Shown: positions 22,376 through 33,401, numbered from the stretch's first letter. The stretch: 64,000 nt of DNA from an uncultured Nitrososphaerales archaeon (GCA_963713605.1 CAVQMO010000012.1:128001-192000); one strand, 5' to 3'. Numbers and translations: made by a program. Notes: generated by a model from the sequence alone, not told the origin.

Positions 22376-23172
22376 TATTTCTGTCATTCTTATGAGAACT
22401 GGAAAGTGCCAACCTCTAGATTATATATATCATATTGCCGATATAAGGAGATTTGTTCATTTAAAGCCCTGGTTCAAGCCGAGATCTACCATATTGCACA
22501 ACGAGCCTCCTTTCCATTAGAATCTCCCATATAGAGTATTTGAGATTTACGACGCTTAAAATCCACTACTTATTTCAGGGTCTACTCCTTTTTGAGGCTC
22601 TATAATACCCTTTACTATACTAAGATTACAAAAAAGTTGGACCGCCTATAATAAGTAGACACTCATATTAACAATCAACACGAATTCGGGTAAGATCTAT
22701 TTAATAATAGTTATTAATTCCTGATTGTATTTTTAAGAGGAAGCATCACGAATTAGTAATGCTTAATAAGTATGAACAGTTATCCTTCGCTGAATATGTC
22801 AACTGTAGATCATTGTGCATGTAACCATACCGAAGAACAATGCAGAGATAATAACTGTACATGTTGTACGCACTGAGGACTGATTCAAGGGACTGTATCC
22901 ACAATGCTATACTTATCTTTTTTATGATATTCTTATTTTTAATAATAAGTGAAAGGTCTTCCACAGTAAGGATACCAACTTTGACATGTTTTTGCTTTAC
23001 ACATCCAAGTAATGATGTCAGAACCGAAGAGATACCCAACAAATAATTATCAAACGGCATTTGTTACTATAACAGCTTCTATAACCAAATATTAGCGGCT
23101 ACTATCACAGAAATCATAGAGCTTTTTGGTAGTGATGCAGTTTATACTACGACTCATCTAAGAGGGTTAAAT

Positions 23173-23553
23173 TTAAAATAGAATGGGCGTTCCAATAATA
23201 TCAAGTATGTTTTGAATTATTTGAGCATGATCTTTTTCTTTCTTTTCGATTGAAACTCTCAGTATATGATTGTCATCCAAAGGAAATGATGCGAGTTTTA
23301 TCTTCTCTCTTTCGGTAAAACTGTAAATTGCTTTACCGAAGATGTCATCAAAATCTTTTCGCATTTCAGTCATTAGAGCAAACTGAACATACAGTTTCGA
23401 AGAATCATCCCTGCCCTCCAGAGATTCTATATCAGGCCTCATTCCTCCAGCTACCAATCTTCCCATCTTAGTAATTATGCCGGCAAAGCGTATATGTTGA
23501 TTAATTGAGTATATCTTTTCACATAACTCTTGTAACCGCCCATCAGACATCAA
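23173..23553 (-). CDS. Thaumarchaeal roadblock/LC7-like protein (DUF6659-type)
   Basis: IRFAGIITKMGRLVAGGMR...MRKDFDDIFGKAIYSFTEREKIKLASFPL. Confidence 0.8.
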   Translation of the reverse strand: MMSDGRLQELCEKIYSINQHIRFAGIITKMGRLVAGGMRPDIESLEGRDDSSKLYVQFALMTEMRKDFDDIFGKAIYSFTEREKIKLASFPLDDNHILRVSIEKKEKDHAQIIQNILDIIGTPILF

Positions 23554-24145
23554 TTATCATCGATAAGTATAATGTACACCAGTTTATAAGGTACATTTCT
23601 TACTACACGATAAATATATGCCTATTGCAGTGCATTAAACACATCAAATTCAAGTAATTTCACCTTGATAATATTGCCAAATACTAAGTGTAAGGAGGCG
23701 GTGATGAACCTTCTTCTTGATTCGATTGTTCAAATTCCTTCGTGAACTGGATAAAATAAATGAAATGTCTATATTATCTCCGTTCTATATAGTGGAAACA
23801 AAAATGGTAAAGGGAATAGATCAAGAAAAGATGAAAAGTATGATTTGAAAGAATGGGATTTTCCTCCATCAATACATGAAAATGGTACCCCAATACGTAG
23901 TAAACATGAGATTAAGCTTGGAATGCTTTTAAGGAAATTTGTGATTGAAAAAGACATAGCGGTATAAAGTGGAAGATAGAAATGCCAATTGAAGGTTGAC
24001 TTCTTTGCTTCTGTTCCATGCGTAACATTGGGAGAAAAACACTATTTACAATTATCTAGAGGTTTAGAATCATAATATTAATTCATTATTGATATATATT
24101 GAAAATTAACGTCATTTTCTTGACCGTATTGACTTTTTATAGTAT

Positions 24146-24421
24146 ATGTTCATATTATTAGCTATGATGGGTATAGAGCATGTAATAAGACAAATATCAA
24201 AAGTAAAACAAATTAAGGAAAAAGATGACGGTAAAAAAGACAAGACAAGATCAAAAGAGGATTTAAAAGTGCCTACTGATTTTGAATGTTTTGTTTGCGG
24301 TACTAGATTCATGACAAATGAAGAAAGGAAACATCATCTAGAACAGGGCACACATGGTCATCTATATGATACCACATCACCGCAGGAGCAAGAAGAAGTT
24401 AGATTTGCAGAAGATGAATAA
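24146..24421 (+). CDS. Small C2H2 zinc-finger protein
   Basis: FECFVCGTRFMTNEERKHHLEQGTH; start codon uncertain. Confidence 0.7.
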   Translation: MFILLAMMGIEHVIRQISKVKQIKEKDDGKKDKTRSKEDLKVPTDFECFVCGTRFMTNEERKHHLEQGTHGHLYDTTSPQEQEEVRFAEDE

Positions 24422-24639
24422 TTTATGGACTACCTTGCAGAAAATCTCGTGAGAATGTTTGACAAAGAATGTCTTCCTATCGTCATTGCTCTATTCTGAA
24501 GGCACACATGGAAAAGCTCTTATGCTGATTCTGTTTGTGATTTAATTATATCTCTAATAAGGCGTCTATGACAATGATCGCCCACATTAGATTTATGAAT
24601 GACAGAATAAGAGGAAAAAGAATTTTGGTCGTAATGAAT

Positions 24640-24821
24640 TATAAGCGGAAATACGAAAAAGAGATAAGAAAGTCAAGGTATGTTTTCTAACAGCAAGCGA
24701 ATTGTATTATAAGGAATTCCGAATGAAAGAATATAGTGCATTAGATAAAAGCCTTTTTATCCGTAAGCCTATTGGAAATGAAGAAATGTTAATGGAAATA
24801 TATCGCCTCATTAAAGCGTGA
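24640..24821 (+). pseudogene. C-terminal remnant of a response-regulator receiver domain
   Basis: EIRKRDKKVKVCFLTASELYYKEFR...FIRKPIGNEEML. Confidence 0.75.
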
Positions 24822-25497
24822 AAAGTAAAGCTATTTGGCGTTTTATCGATTGCTATTACTTGCATCTGAGTTCAGATAACACTGCTGCAAGTATAATTCT
24901 AACCAAAAAAAATCTAAACCTAAATCAATGATAGATAACCTTTGGATTTAAAGCAGAAGTACTTGCATTAAAAGTAGTATTATGGTACTATTTTTAGAGG
25001 TAATCAATGCTATATAAAACTGTATAAAACTGTATAAAACTAATTTAGCTTAGGTAAGGCATATTGATCGCCATGAACAGAGGAACGATCCGTTGCCCTA
25101 CCAAGCTGTGAACTTTGTGCCGATTTTAGTTATGTATTGTAATGAAGATTATCATAAAAGGTTTTACGGAACATAGTTATTCCTGAGAATTTGGAGAATT
25201 GGCAATAATGCTCAAAGATGAGGGGAAATTTCCTGTTCTCCTAGGCTACAGGAAAGCATAACTGTTACAGGAGGTTATGACATTTCAGGCAAAACTCTTA
25301 GGTACAATTGTAAATATTATTACCGTTTCACTCTAACCCTACTGCCATTGCACCGAAAAAACAGCTGTAACAGCTGTAGAAGCTATAGTTTAAACTAGGA
25401 TTATGCAGATGATTTTGTATAGTTACAATTTTCTCGAAAAAACACATATAAGATATATAGTTATCATTTATTATTACTTCTCACACTAATAATCTCA

Positions 25498-26228
25498 ATG
25501 AATAATAGGTCAACAAAGCTTTGCGGCGGGATAAAAAACATATCATTCAGTGATCGCAATCACTCTGGGCAATGGTCAGTTGTAGGTGCTCTTGTTATTC
25601 TAATTTCTCTACTCACCATGTCGCTTTCAGTGTTTTCAGGAGCTGATTTACAATCGATGGTTGTCAATGCCGCAGTAGACATCGACACCTCTGGAGATGG
25701 CAGAGCAGCTGCTTTTGATGGTGAAGAAGGAATTGCAACGAATGGTGATAGCTTCTGCAGCATTACAAATGATATTGCAGAAGGAAAGTTTTCATCATTA
25801 TTTGAAGGAATAGTAGGAGACTGTAATAATAATTCACACTCATTAAACCAATTTCTGGTTGAGTATTCATACACAAAGAATCCAGTAAAGATAGGAGAAA
25901 AGACCTATCTTACAATAACTGTTAAGGATAAAGAAACTGGAAACCCAATCTCAAATGCATTTGTAACCCTGGATGTAGAACCTCCTACCACTTCGTCCGT
26001 AGACAGCTCAATCAGCGGGGAGCAGTTGCAGCAGCAGATATTCCCTCTACTCTGGACTCAGGAAAAGACAAAACAACCCAGACTATGTATACAGATAATA
26101 GTGGACACGCTACATTTACTTTACAGATAGGACCAAAATCAGATGTAGGTATTTACGATACCCAGTTTGGCGTTAAAAAAGACAGCTATCAATCTAGTTT
26201 CCAACAAACAAACCTCCGTGTAGCGTAA
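25498..26228 (+). CDS. Secreted Ig-like hypothetical protein with a +1 frameshift at ~26018
   Basis: TM/signal segment; YTKNPVKIGEKTYLTITVKDKETGNPISNA; the shifted frame continues GAVAAADIP...YTDNSGHATFTLQIG...TNLRVA*. Confidence 0.7.
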
Positions 26229-26343
26229 CATTTTAGACTTAGTATAGAATATCATCTTAATTCCATAAGGCGATTTCTTTTTGTTTAGCTATTGTTACTA
26301 TTGGCTACGGAAAATAATTGTTATATGACAATCCACTTCTTTT

Positions 26344-27135
26344 ATGAATTTGAACAAAATAGTGGGTTTTGAATATATAACAAAGAAATTTTTCTTTTTA
26401 TTAGAACCCATAATAAAAAAAACTACAATCACTGTTACATTGGGATTTAATCATAAATTTTATTTACCTCTATTCTTGTTCCTTATTTTATGTGTATTTC
26501 ATACTCAAGTCACTACTGTATATGGATCTTCTAAAGAATCATCTACCCTCAGTCGTGCGAAAGATATGTCGATAGACCTGTGTTGTACTTGGGGTAAGCA
26601 AATTTCTGATGGAATATTAAAATTTAAGCTTGTCAACATGCAGGAGAAGCAGAGAAATGAAGTCAGAGAAGCGTTTGATAGCTGGAATAAACAGCTAACC
26701 ACACTAAGACTTATTGAGAGTTATTCGCATGATCAAAAGGCGGAGATTATTGTTACATTTGGAGATATCGATAATGGAAATATCAATCAATTAGGTAAAA
26801 ATGCAGAGGCTGGACAGACTGCAGGACAATCTGTTAATAATCTTAATCAAAGTGGATATATCACGAACGCAAAAATAATACTTTCAGATAAAATATTTGA
26901 TAAGGAATCAGATTCTAGCACTTTGTATGCTGTCGTCTTACATGAGATTGGGCATGTATTAGGACTTGGTCATGCAAACTTTGATGATTTAATGAATCCA
27001 CTGGTCAGGATTCAGGACGAAATTTCTCTTTGTGATGTCAACGGAGTCTTCAAGGCCAATGAAGTGGTCCTAAAGAAAAATGCATCACTATCCCTTCAAG
27101 CTAGTTTTGGTGAGAAAAATATTATGAACTGTTAA
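26344..27135 (+). CDS. Matrixin-like (M10) zinc metalloprotease, secreted
   Basis: HEIGHVLGLGH zinc motif followed by Met-turn LMNP; start probably later than annotated. Confidence 0.9.
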   Translation: MNLNKIVGFEYITKKFFFLLEPIIKKTTITVTLGFNHKFYLPLFLFLILCVFHTQVTTVYGSSKESSTLSRAKDMSIDLCCTWGKQISDGILKFKLVNMQEKQRNEVREAFDSWNKQLTTLRLIESYSHDQKAEIIVTFGDIDNGNINQLGKNAEAGQTAGQSVNNLNQSGYITNAKIILSDKIFDKESDSSTLYAVVLHEIGHVLGLGHANFDDLMNPLVRIQDEISLCDVNGVFKANEVVLKKNASLSLQASFGEKNIMNC

Positions 27136-27364
27136 TGGGGTGCTTCATATGAAAAAATGGTCCCCCAAATTGATTTATCAGAAATATATAGATTTCAGGT
27201 AGTCGATGCAATTTCTAGGTCGAGAATCTTAATATTCAGCTCGTTTAAGGTCAGCCAGTTTATTACATTGATACCGTCCTTCTTTCTAGCATTCTAAGGA
27301 TGTAGAAAATTATTCCAGTTATCGTCTTATTATCATGAGTTTATTCATCTTGAAGACCTCTGCA

Positions 27365-27414
27365 TTACGTTACGTTACGTTGCGTTACGCTGCGTTACGC
27401 TGCGTTACGTTGCG
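27365..27414. repeat. Pentanucleotide microsatellite (YTRCG)x10
   Basis: TTACG TTACG TTACG TTGCG TTACG CTGCG TTACG CTGCG TTACG TTGCG. Confidence 0.95.
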
Positions 27415-28038
27415 GCATATATTATGATGCTAAATATATATCTCAATCTAAATATACAGAAAACTGTACGCTGTCATCGTAGAAAAGAATTTTGATGACA
27501 AGAAACTTGAATTCTGATTGTTTTAATAATAAGGGTCCTACCAAAATTTGTCATCGATACCCACTCTGGCTTTTTAAATTGGTTATAAATTCCCGTGATA
27601 GATGTGACCGTCATGTGCTTGAATATTACAAAATAATGATCAAGTTATCGCTGCTCCTAAAATCTCTCATGCTGAATCGGTAGAAGATATCAGGGCGTGG
27701 GAGGAATACCTCACCAGATAAGGCTCTTCAGTTGCTAGAAAATTCGCCGAATTAACCACAAGTCTTTATTATATTCATGTTAGCTGATACAATTAGTTAG
27801 GACTAGAATCTATACTTCATTTTTACCGTAAATCCGTAAATCTGTAAATTCATTCTTCATCAAGCATTACCAAACTATGACTTTTGAACTTATTTGACGG
27901 TACAAGTTAGCCTTATCAATTCTCTGTATCTTATTCCAGGATTCTTAATTATAAAATCATAGATCTCGCCCCTGATATCATCCGAACTGGCCACAAGATC
28001 CTGTTTATGCGATAAAAATTGGTCTTTCGATGAGACAT

Positions 28039-28479
28039 TCATTGTTTTGTATTCACCTTTAAAATACCTATACCAAATAATGTCAGCATCGCAAACAGGA
28101 TTACGTGGGGCAATTCTATATTAATCATTGGAATCAGTATTTCTCGAATACCTTGTGTGGCATAGAAAAGGAACAAAGTCTCTACTACGATAAGAGACAA
28201 GAATCCTAGCGACATGAACAACAACCTTGAACCGCCATTTCTGATGTACGATGATATTGAAACAATGAACAAGAAAAGCGAAAATATGAGACTCGCAATA
28301 TGAAGTATGATGTGGTAAATGTGTTGTGGGTGACTTGTGTGTGGAATTATTACGGGAACGGCTAGGACTGAAACTATGATAATCGAAATAACGATGAAGA
28401 GCTTTGGTTTATCAGAGACTAGGTTATCAATAATTCTAAGCGGCCTTCCAACATGAGAGTACACATGTTTTGTTTCCAT
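28039..28479 (-). CDS. Four-TM membrane protein with His-rich loop
   Basis: Four hydrophobic segments; PHTSHPQHIYHIILH; directly downstream of 28630-29241. Confidence 0.8.
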   Translation of the reverse strand: METKHVYSHVGRPLRIIDNLVSDKPKLFIVISIIIVSVLAVPVIIPHTSHPQHIYHIILHIASLIFSLFLFIVSISSYIRNGGSRLLFMSLGFLSLIVVETLFLFYATQGIREILIPMINIELPHVILFAMLTLFGIGILKVNTKQ

Positions 28480-28629
28480 TCTTACTCTTATATATTTAAG
28501 TCTAGATTCATTTTATCTAATTCTTGTATATCATAACACAAAACAACACGTACAAACAAAAGTAATTTGGAGTAAGAAGCCTTCTAGGGATACTCTAAAG
28601 GATCTTCCCATTCATTATATGTGATCGTC

Positions 28630-29241
28630 CTACGACTCTGTACTATTTGTTGCCTCCGTGCCATTTCCATGTTCTCCTTCTTCTGCGCCAGGCGCAATTT
28701 CATTAACGCCTATAACGGCAGTGCTTCCAGGAGGAAACTCTAAATTACCTTCGCCAGGGTTTGCAATGGCCACATCTGTAATTACTTCTTCATGCGAGGC
28801 TATATCAACATGGTAAAGACACATCTCTCCTGGCGTTGATAATTCTGGTAGATTTTCTAATTCGGCTGCAGTGAAATTAGGTGCTTGTCCAAGAAGAACT
28901 TGAATGCTAGCAGTCGAATTGTCTTCACATGGTACATTCACAGCGACGTGACCATTTGTTATCATATACGGAGTACTGTCATACAGATGAATGAATTTGC
29001 CTGCGGGTATAGTTTTCCCTTCAAGAAGCTCGGCAACAGAGTCGCGTACTACATTAGCAGACTTGTTATACGCATGTTCAGTTTCAGTCATATTTGTCAT
29101 CCCAGCCATTCCGGTCATGTTTTCGCCAGCAGAATGACTAGCTAGTACCTGTGTGGTTGTATTGTTTATTCCATATGTGCTAAATCCCATTAATCCAGCA
29201 ATTACGAATGCAATATACAGAAACTTAGTACTTGATCGCAT
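28630..29241 (-). CDS. Secreted His/Met-rich thaumarchaeal protein (candidate copper binder)
   Basis: Signal peptide ending VLA; SHSAGENMTGMAGMTNM; FIHLYDSTPY...GHVA..PC...MCLYHVD. Confidence 0.85.
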   Translation of the reverse strand: MRSSTKFLYIAFVIAGLMGFSTYGINNTTTQVLASHSAGENMTGMAGMTNMTETEHAYNKSANVVRDSVAELLEGKTIPAGKFIHLYDSTPYMITNGHVAVNVPCEDNSTASIQVLLGQAPNFTAAELENLPELSTPGEMCLYHVDIASHEEVITDVAIANPGEGNLEFPPGSTAVIGVNEIAPGAEEGEHGNGTEATNSTES

Positions 29242-29261
29242 AAAACATAGATCAATAACTT

Positions 29262-29290
29262 TTTATTAAGTATTATGGTACAGCAGACGA
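29262..29290 (-). promoter_or_regulatory. Promoter with shared motif TCGtctGcTGTACCATA-N4-TATA
   Basis: Minus strand TCGTCTGCTGTACCATA-ATAC-TTAATAAA; ATG lies 28 nt from the TATA start. Confidence 0.65.
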
Positions 29291-29507
29291 ACAAACTCCT
29301 GAAACTTTAGATGGATTTTCCGTACACTTATTGATGTTGTAATGGTTCTTCCAATGTGAGCTTTCTGCTATTTTGTAAGTGTAGGTTCATAAAAGCACCG
29401 TACGGATAATAAGATAAATATGGCCAAATAGGATAAATACGAAAACATTAACATACTATCTCTAGTAATGATTGAGGTGTAGTTCAGATTCGAGCATTGC
29501 ATTGTTA

Positions 29508-29528
29508 TGAACCATAAATGTTATTTAT
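29508..29528 (+). promoter_or_regulatory. Promoter with variant shared motif TGAACCATA-N4-TATA
   Basis: TGAACCATA-AATG-TTATTTAT; ATG lies 29 nt from the TATA start. Confidence 0.5.
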
Positions 29529-29549
29529 CAGAAATCCGAATTTTATGTC

Positions 29550-30530
29550 ATGCGATTAATGAAAATTGACAAGTCAATTGTACTATTTTTAATGGCTACA
29601 GTGGTCATGTTGACCGGATCTAATACTAATACTTTATTTGGCCACAATTTTTCTCCCGATGAGAGTGCATCATTTCTTGCCTTAGTTAATACAATAAAGG
29701 CAGAAACTCAGCTAGTACAACAGAATATAGCAAGCAATAACATGTCTTTGGCTAGCGATCATGCGAACAATGCATTAGCACTGATGACGGATGATGTAAA
29801 CAAAGAAATTGCAGAAAGAAACCAAAGATTGTCTGATGATCTTAATACTGATTTAGCATCTTTAAAGACATCTACAGAATCAACCTCTGGCATTAACACG
29901 GCTAGTGACACAGATATTTTAGTTGATGATATCAATGGTATTCTGGATGAAATCGTTACCTCAAGAGTAGACCCAGATCAGCTGAATAATTCTACTATAC
30001 AGGTACTAGCTGCAGCTGAGCTACTAGATGAAGTGCTTAGAAATTACGGAGATGCTTTCGCAGTTGGATATGATATGACTAATATGTCGATGATGATGAT
30101 GGATGATGGCAATAATAGTAATAATAATACTAGTAGTAATAGTGAAAGCGATACTAGTATGCATTCGATGTCTACTATGAATATGGGTGGCGGTAGTGTT
30201 GGTAATAATATGTCGATGGATGATATGTCGAATTCTGATGGTAAGTTAGTCAATATAACAGATTATCAGACTGCACAAGCATTAGCTATGAAAGTACAAG
30301 AATTATTTGACAATCAGATAATGAATTCTTCATTATCTGAAGGCTCTGAAACTGTAGATCAATCGATTAATAATGTATCAACCGCATTAAAGGAACTAGT
30401 TACAGATATTAATAAAAAATCATCTCCAATGGACATAATGACGATCGTACATACAAAAATCCATCCTAATCTCATGACTGCGTTTGGATTACAGCTGGAT
30501 AGTGGTAATGTAGATAAAGGATCTAGATAA
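29550..30530 (+). CDS. Secreted helical protein with predicted mature His1 and Met-rich linker
   Basis: Signal ...NTLFG|HNFSPDES; 13 Met in the central linker; C-terminal IVHTKIHPNL. Confidence 0.85.
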   Translation: MRLMKIDKSIVLFLMATVVMLTGSNTNTLFGHNFSPDESASFLALVNTIKAETQLVQQNIASNNMSLASDHANNALALMTDDVNKEIAERNQRLSDDLNTDLASLKTSTESTSGINTASDTDILVDDINGILDEIVTSRVDPDQLNNSTIQVLAAAELLDEVLRNYGDAFAVGYDMTNMSMMMMDDGNNSNNNTSSNSESDTSMHSMSTMNMGGGSVGNNMSMDDMSNSDGKLVNITDYQTAQALAMKVQELFDNQIMNSSLSEGSETVDQSINNVSTALKELVTDINKKSSPMDIMTIVHTKIHPNLMTAFGLQLDSGNVDKGSR

Positions 30531-30709
30531 TATCAAAAATTTTTTTGCTCTTAGGATAAGATTTCTCTAGGAGAACTTTTGTGATATTAAAAGAGTAACT
30601 ATGTATGATCTGAGTTTCAATTTTTTCTTCTGATGCTTAAGAAGTATGAATGTAACATAGATGTGAATATGTTAATAGACTTTAAGCATTAGGCTGGGCT
30701 AATCTTTAT

Positions 30710-30738
30710 TCGAGTGATGTACCATATATCTTAAATAG
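30710..30738 (+). promoter_or_regulatory. Promoter with shared motif TCGagtGaTGTACCATA-N4-TATA
   Basis: TCGAGTGATGTACCATA-TATC-TTAAATAG; GTG lies 28 nt from the TATA start. Confidence 0.65.
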
Positions 30739-30758
30739 TTATCAAACAAACTACATCT

Positions 30759-31409
30759 GTGAAAAATAGAAATCTACTAGTTGCGTTGATATTAAGCACT
30801 AATATGATGATATTGATTCTTGCGTCGATAGGAGCACATTCTGTATCTGGACATGAAAGAAGACTGTATACTATCGGCGATCAAAACTATCTCTTTGTAG
30901 TAGGTTCAATGAATGAGCCAGCGTTTGTGGACGACAAATCAGGGGTTGAAGTCTTCACATGGCTGCCTGATCCGACCGATCCTATGAATTCCCAAGCAAA
31001 TGGTACAAAGCCTATTGAAGGATTGACTCTCAAGGCAGATGTATCTGCAGGAGGAAAGAACATGACTCTAGATCTAGAACCAGCGTTCAGAGATCCAGGA
31101 CATTACGAGGCAGTATTCTATCCAACAGTACCAACTACATACAACTATACAGTATATGGAGATATTAATGGTACTGCATTCCGTGATACGTTCACATGCA
31201 GACCTGCTGGTGAATCAGAACCCGCCCAAGATAATTCAACGATAACTGTGTCAGATGGTGTTACTAGAATAGGTCAATCTGGAGGATTTGGTTGTTTCGA
31301 ATCAAGAGCTGATGTGTCATTCCCAGAACAGTATGTATCAAATTACGAGCTTCAACAGATGTTAAACAGTCAAGGAGGAACATCTAATTCGACAAAGTCG
31401 ATACCTTAA
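30759..31409 (+). CDS. Secreted beta-sandwich protein with predicted mature His1 (HERR...VG..NEPA)
   Basis: Signal ...HSVSG|HERRLYTIGDQNYLFVVGSMNEPAF; PGHYEAVFYPTVPTTYNYTVYGDING. Confidence 0.85.
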   Translation: MKNRNLLVALILSTNMMILILASIGAHSVSGHERRLYTIGDQNYLFVVGSMNEPAFVDDKSGVEVFTWLPDPTDPMNSQANGTKPIEGLTLKADVSAGGKNMTLDLEPAFRDPGHYEAVFYPTVPTTYNYTVYGDINGTAFRDTFTCRPAGESEPAQDNSTITVSDGVTRIGQSGGFGCFESRADVSFPEQYVSNYELQQMLNSQGGTSNSTKSIP

Positions 31410-31506
31410 ATTGTTCTGAATTTGTGTCAATTCATATGGGGTATTTCCACTCCTTTTCTTTGTCGTTCCTATCAAATCAAATTCTTTATGCAAGAAGTAG
31501 ATAAGA

Positions 31507-33015
31507 ATGCGACTCTTCTTGCCTAACTTTCTCCTCAGACACGTATCAAATGCTTTGCCCATCCTATTAGTCATCATCATTTCAACAATATCTGCCCAAC
31601 CTCTCAATCAACAAGTGTTTTCCCAGAGAGATAGCGATCCTTCAATGATTATGTCTCATTCAGAAAATTCTGAAGAATCTATCACTTCATATAATGATGC
31701 ATTAATCAAAGCACCGTTACTAGTCGCTCAGTGCACAATAGTAGGAATAGTCTTTAGCCAGCTCGTGCTATCAAGGATATTCTATAATCGTATATTGATG
31801 AATTTCAGCAGGCATAGCGTAACAACCCAAACAAATCTTGGTACAGATAAGAGATTATCTTTGATTATAATCCTGTCTGCTGTAGCATTATGTGTTTCCT
31901 GCACTGGTTTTTTGATGCTGCAAGTATCCAGTCTGTCATCAGAATTGGGCCTGGGATTTTCTGATACTTTTTCAATTGTTATGAACACGTCTCTTTATGC
32001 AGTTTGGCTCCTGAGAATCATCACATCTATTTTGATACTTATTCTTTCAGTAATGTTTTATATGTTAAGTGGGAGAAATTTGATCGCAAGAAGAATCGAT
32101 GGAAATAGTATTAGAAGAATTAAGAACAAAATCCTGTGTGTTATCCTTATTTGCGGTTCAATAAATATTATCTCTAATGGGATAGTAAGTCATAACGCTG
32201 CGGCTGAGTTCCTTCCATGGCTGGCGATCTCTGCTGATTGGTTTCATGTTATGGCTGTTTCAATTTGGTTGGGGGGGCTATTCTATATATCATTAATACT
32301 TCTTCGTACAATACGTACTAACAGTAGTGATCTAACATACGGGAGAGAATTAGATACAACAGACGAGCAAATAATAGTAAGAAATTCCTTCGCACTAGCA
32401 CTAATGCTTCCCTATTTCTCAATGATTGCAGTCGTATGTTTGGGTGTGATTGGTATAAGTGGATTGTATATGGCATGGATTCAACTTCAATCAACTGAAT
32501 CTTTATTTGATTCCTTATATGGAAACATTCTCATTCTTAAATTATGTGTGATTGTACCTATGATTGCGTTAGGCGGTTATCATCAGATTAAATTACATCT
32601 TGTCATGGTACAGATCGCCCAACGAGGAAATAAATCACGGGAACAATTGAGAGTTTCGTCAAATGTTAATAGAGTAGCTCGATACGATCCATTTACACGA
32701 TTTTCCAAAACAATCAAAGTTGAGTCTTTGATTGGAATTTCAGTCCTTACCATATCTTCATTTCTAACAATTACATCTCCTCCGTCTATGGCTCATTCTG
32801 GTATTCAAATGCAAATGGAAGGTTCACAATCAGCTAATAATAGCCTTGATGGCAGTAGTAATGAAGATGATAGTGGGATTACACCTAGGTTTACTGATGC
32901 ATTCACCATTGCGGCATCGATTTTGGCTTCCATTGTTTTGATCATGAGTCTCCTTTACTATCGAAAGAGTAGGCGAGAATTGAAAATTACACTAGAACTA
33001 CTGAAGCCGCGATAG
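31507..33015 (+). CDS. copD: CopD family copper uptake membrane protein
   Basis: Multi-TM; SHNAA, DWFHVMAVSIWLGGL, YGNILILKL...LGGYHQ, KVESLIG motifs. Confidence 0.9.
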   Translation: MRLFLPNFLLRHVSNALPILLVIIISTISAQPLNQQVFSQRDSDPSMIMSHSENSEESITSYNDALIKAPLLVAQCTIVGIVFSQLVLSRIFYNRILMNFSRHSVTTQTNLGTDKRLSLIIILSAVALCVSCTGFLMLQVSSLSSELGLGFSDTFSIVMNTSLYAVWLLRIITSILILILSVMFYMLSGRNLIARRIDGNSIRRIKNKILCVILICGSINIISNGIVSHNAAAEFLPWLAISADWFHVMAVSIWLGGLFYISLILLRTIRTNSSDLTYGRELDTTDEQIIVRNSFALALMLPYFSMIAVVCLGVIGISGLYMAWIQLQSTESLFDSLYGNILILKLCVIVPMIALGGYHQIKLHLVMVQIAQRGNKSREQLRVSSNVNRVARYDPFTRFSKTIKVESLIGISVLTISSFLTITSPPSMAHSGIQMQMEGSQSANNSLDGSSNEDDSGITPRFTDAFTIAASILASIVLIMSLLYYRKSRRELKITLELLKPR

Positions 33016-33324
33016 ACATCGAGGCCGCATTGATGCGTATACTATTGGAGGATTACGAGATCTGCTATAACATCTTTTACATTATTTTTGACCTCTGATT
33101 ATTGAGACAGGTAAATGGTTTTAGATTGTTTCAGCTTGATGAGAACTAATATTCATCAAAACCTTCCTATGCATCATCACAACATTTTTGGCTTTAATAA
33201 GCGCTTAAACATATATTGCAAAGAAATTAGTATACTAACAGTGTAATCTAGAAAATAGGAATCAGCAGTGAGAATTCAAGGGGCAAATAAAAGATCGATT
33301 ATGAATAGAAGCAGTCTTATCTTG

Positions 33325-33352
33325 TCGAGAGATGTACTATAAGGTTTATGAA
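33325..33352 (+). promoter_or_regulatory. Promoter with shared motif TCGagaGaTGTACTATA plus TATA
   Basis: TCGAGAGATGTACTATA-AGG-TTTATGAA upstream of copC. Confidence 0.6.
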
Positions 33353-33401
33353 TGTGGAATGATAACAAATATGTTGAAAGAAAAAGAGGCATTTTGAACG
33401 A

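Noticed and set aside
22466..22491. tRNA-3'-like string CCTGGTTCAAGCCGAGATCTACCA
   Set aside because: The T-stem does not pair and there is no upstream cloverleaf
27365..27414. Possible CRISPR array
   Set aside because: 5-bp units with no spacers; no cas genes in the window
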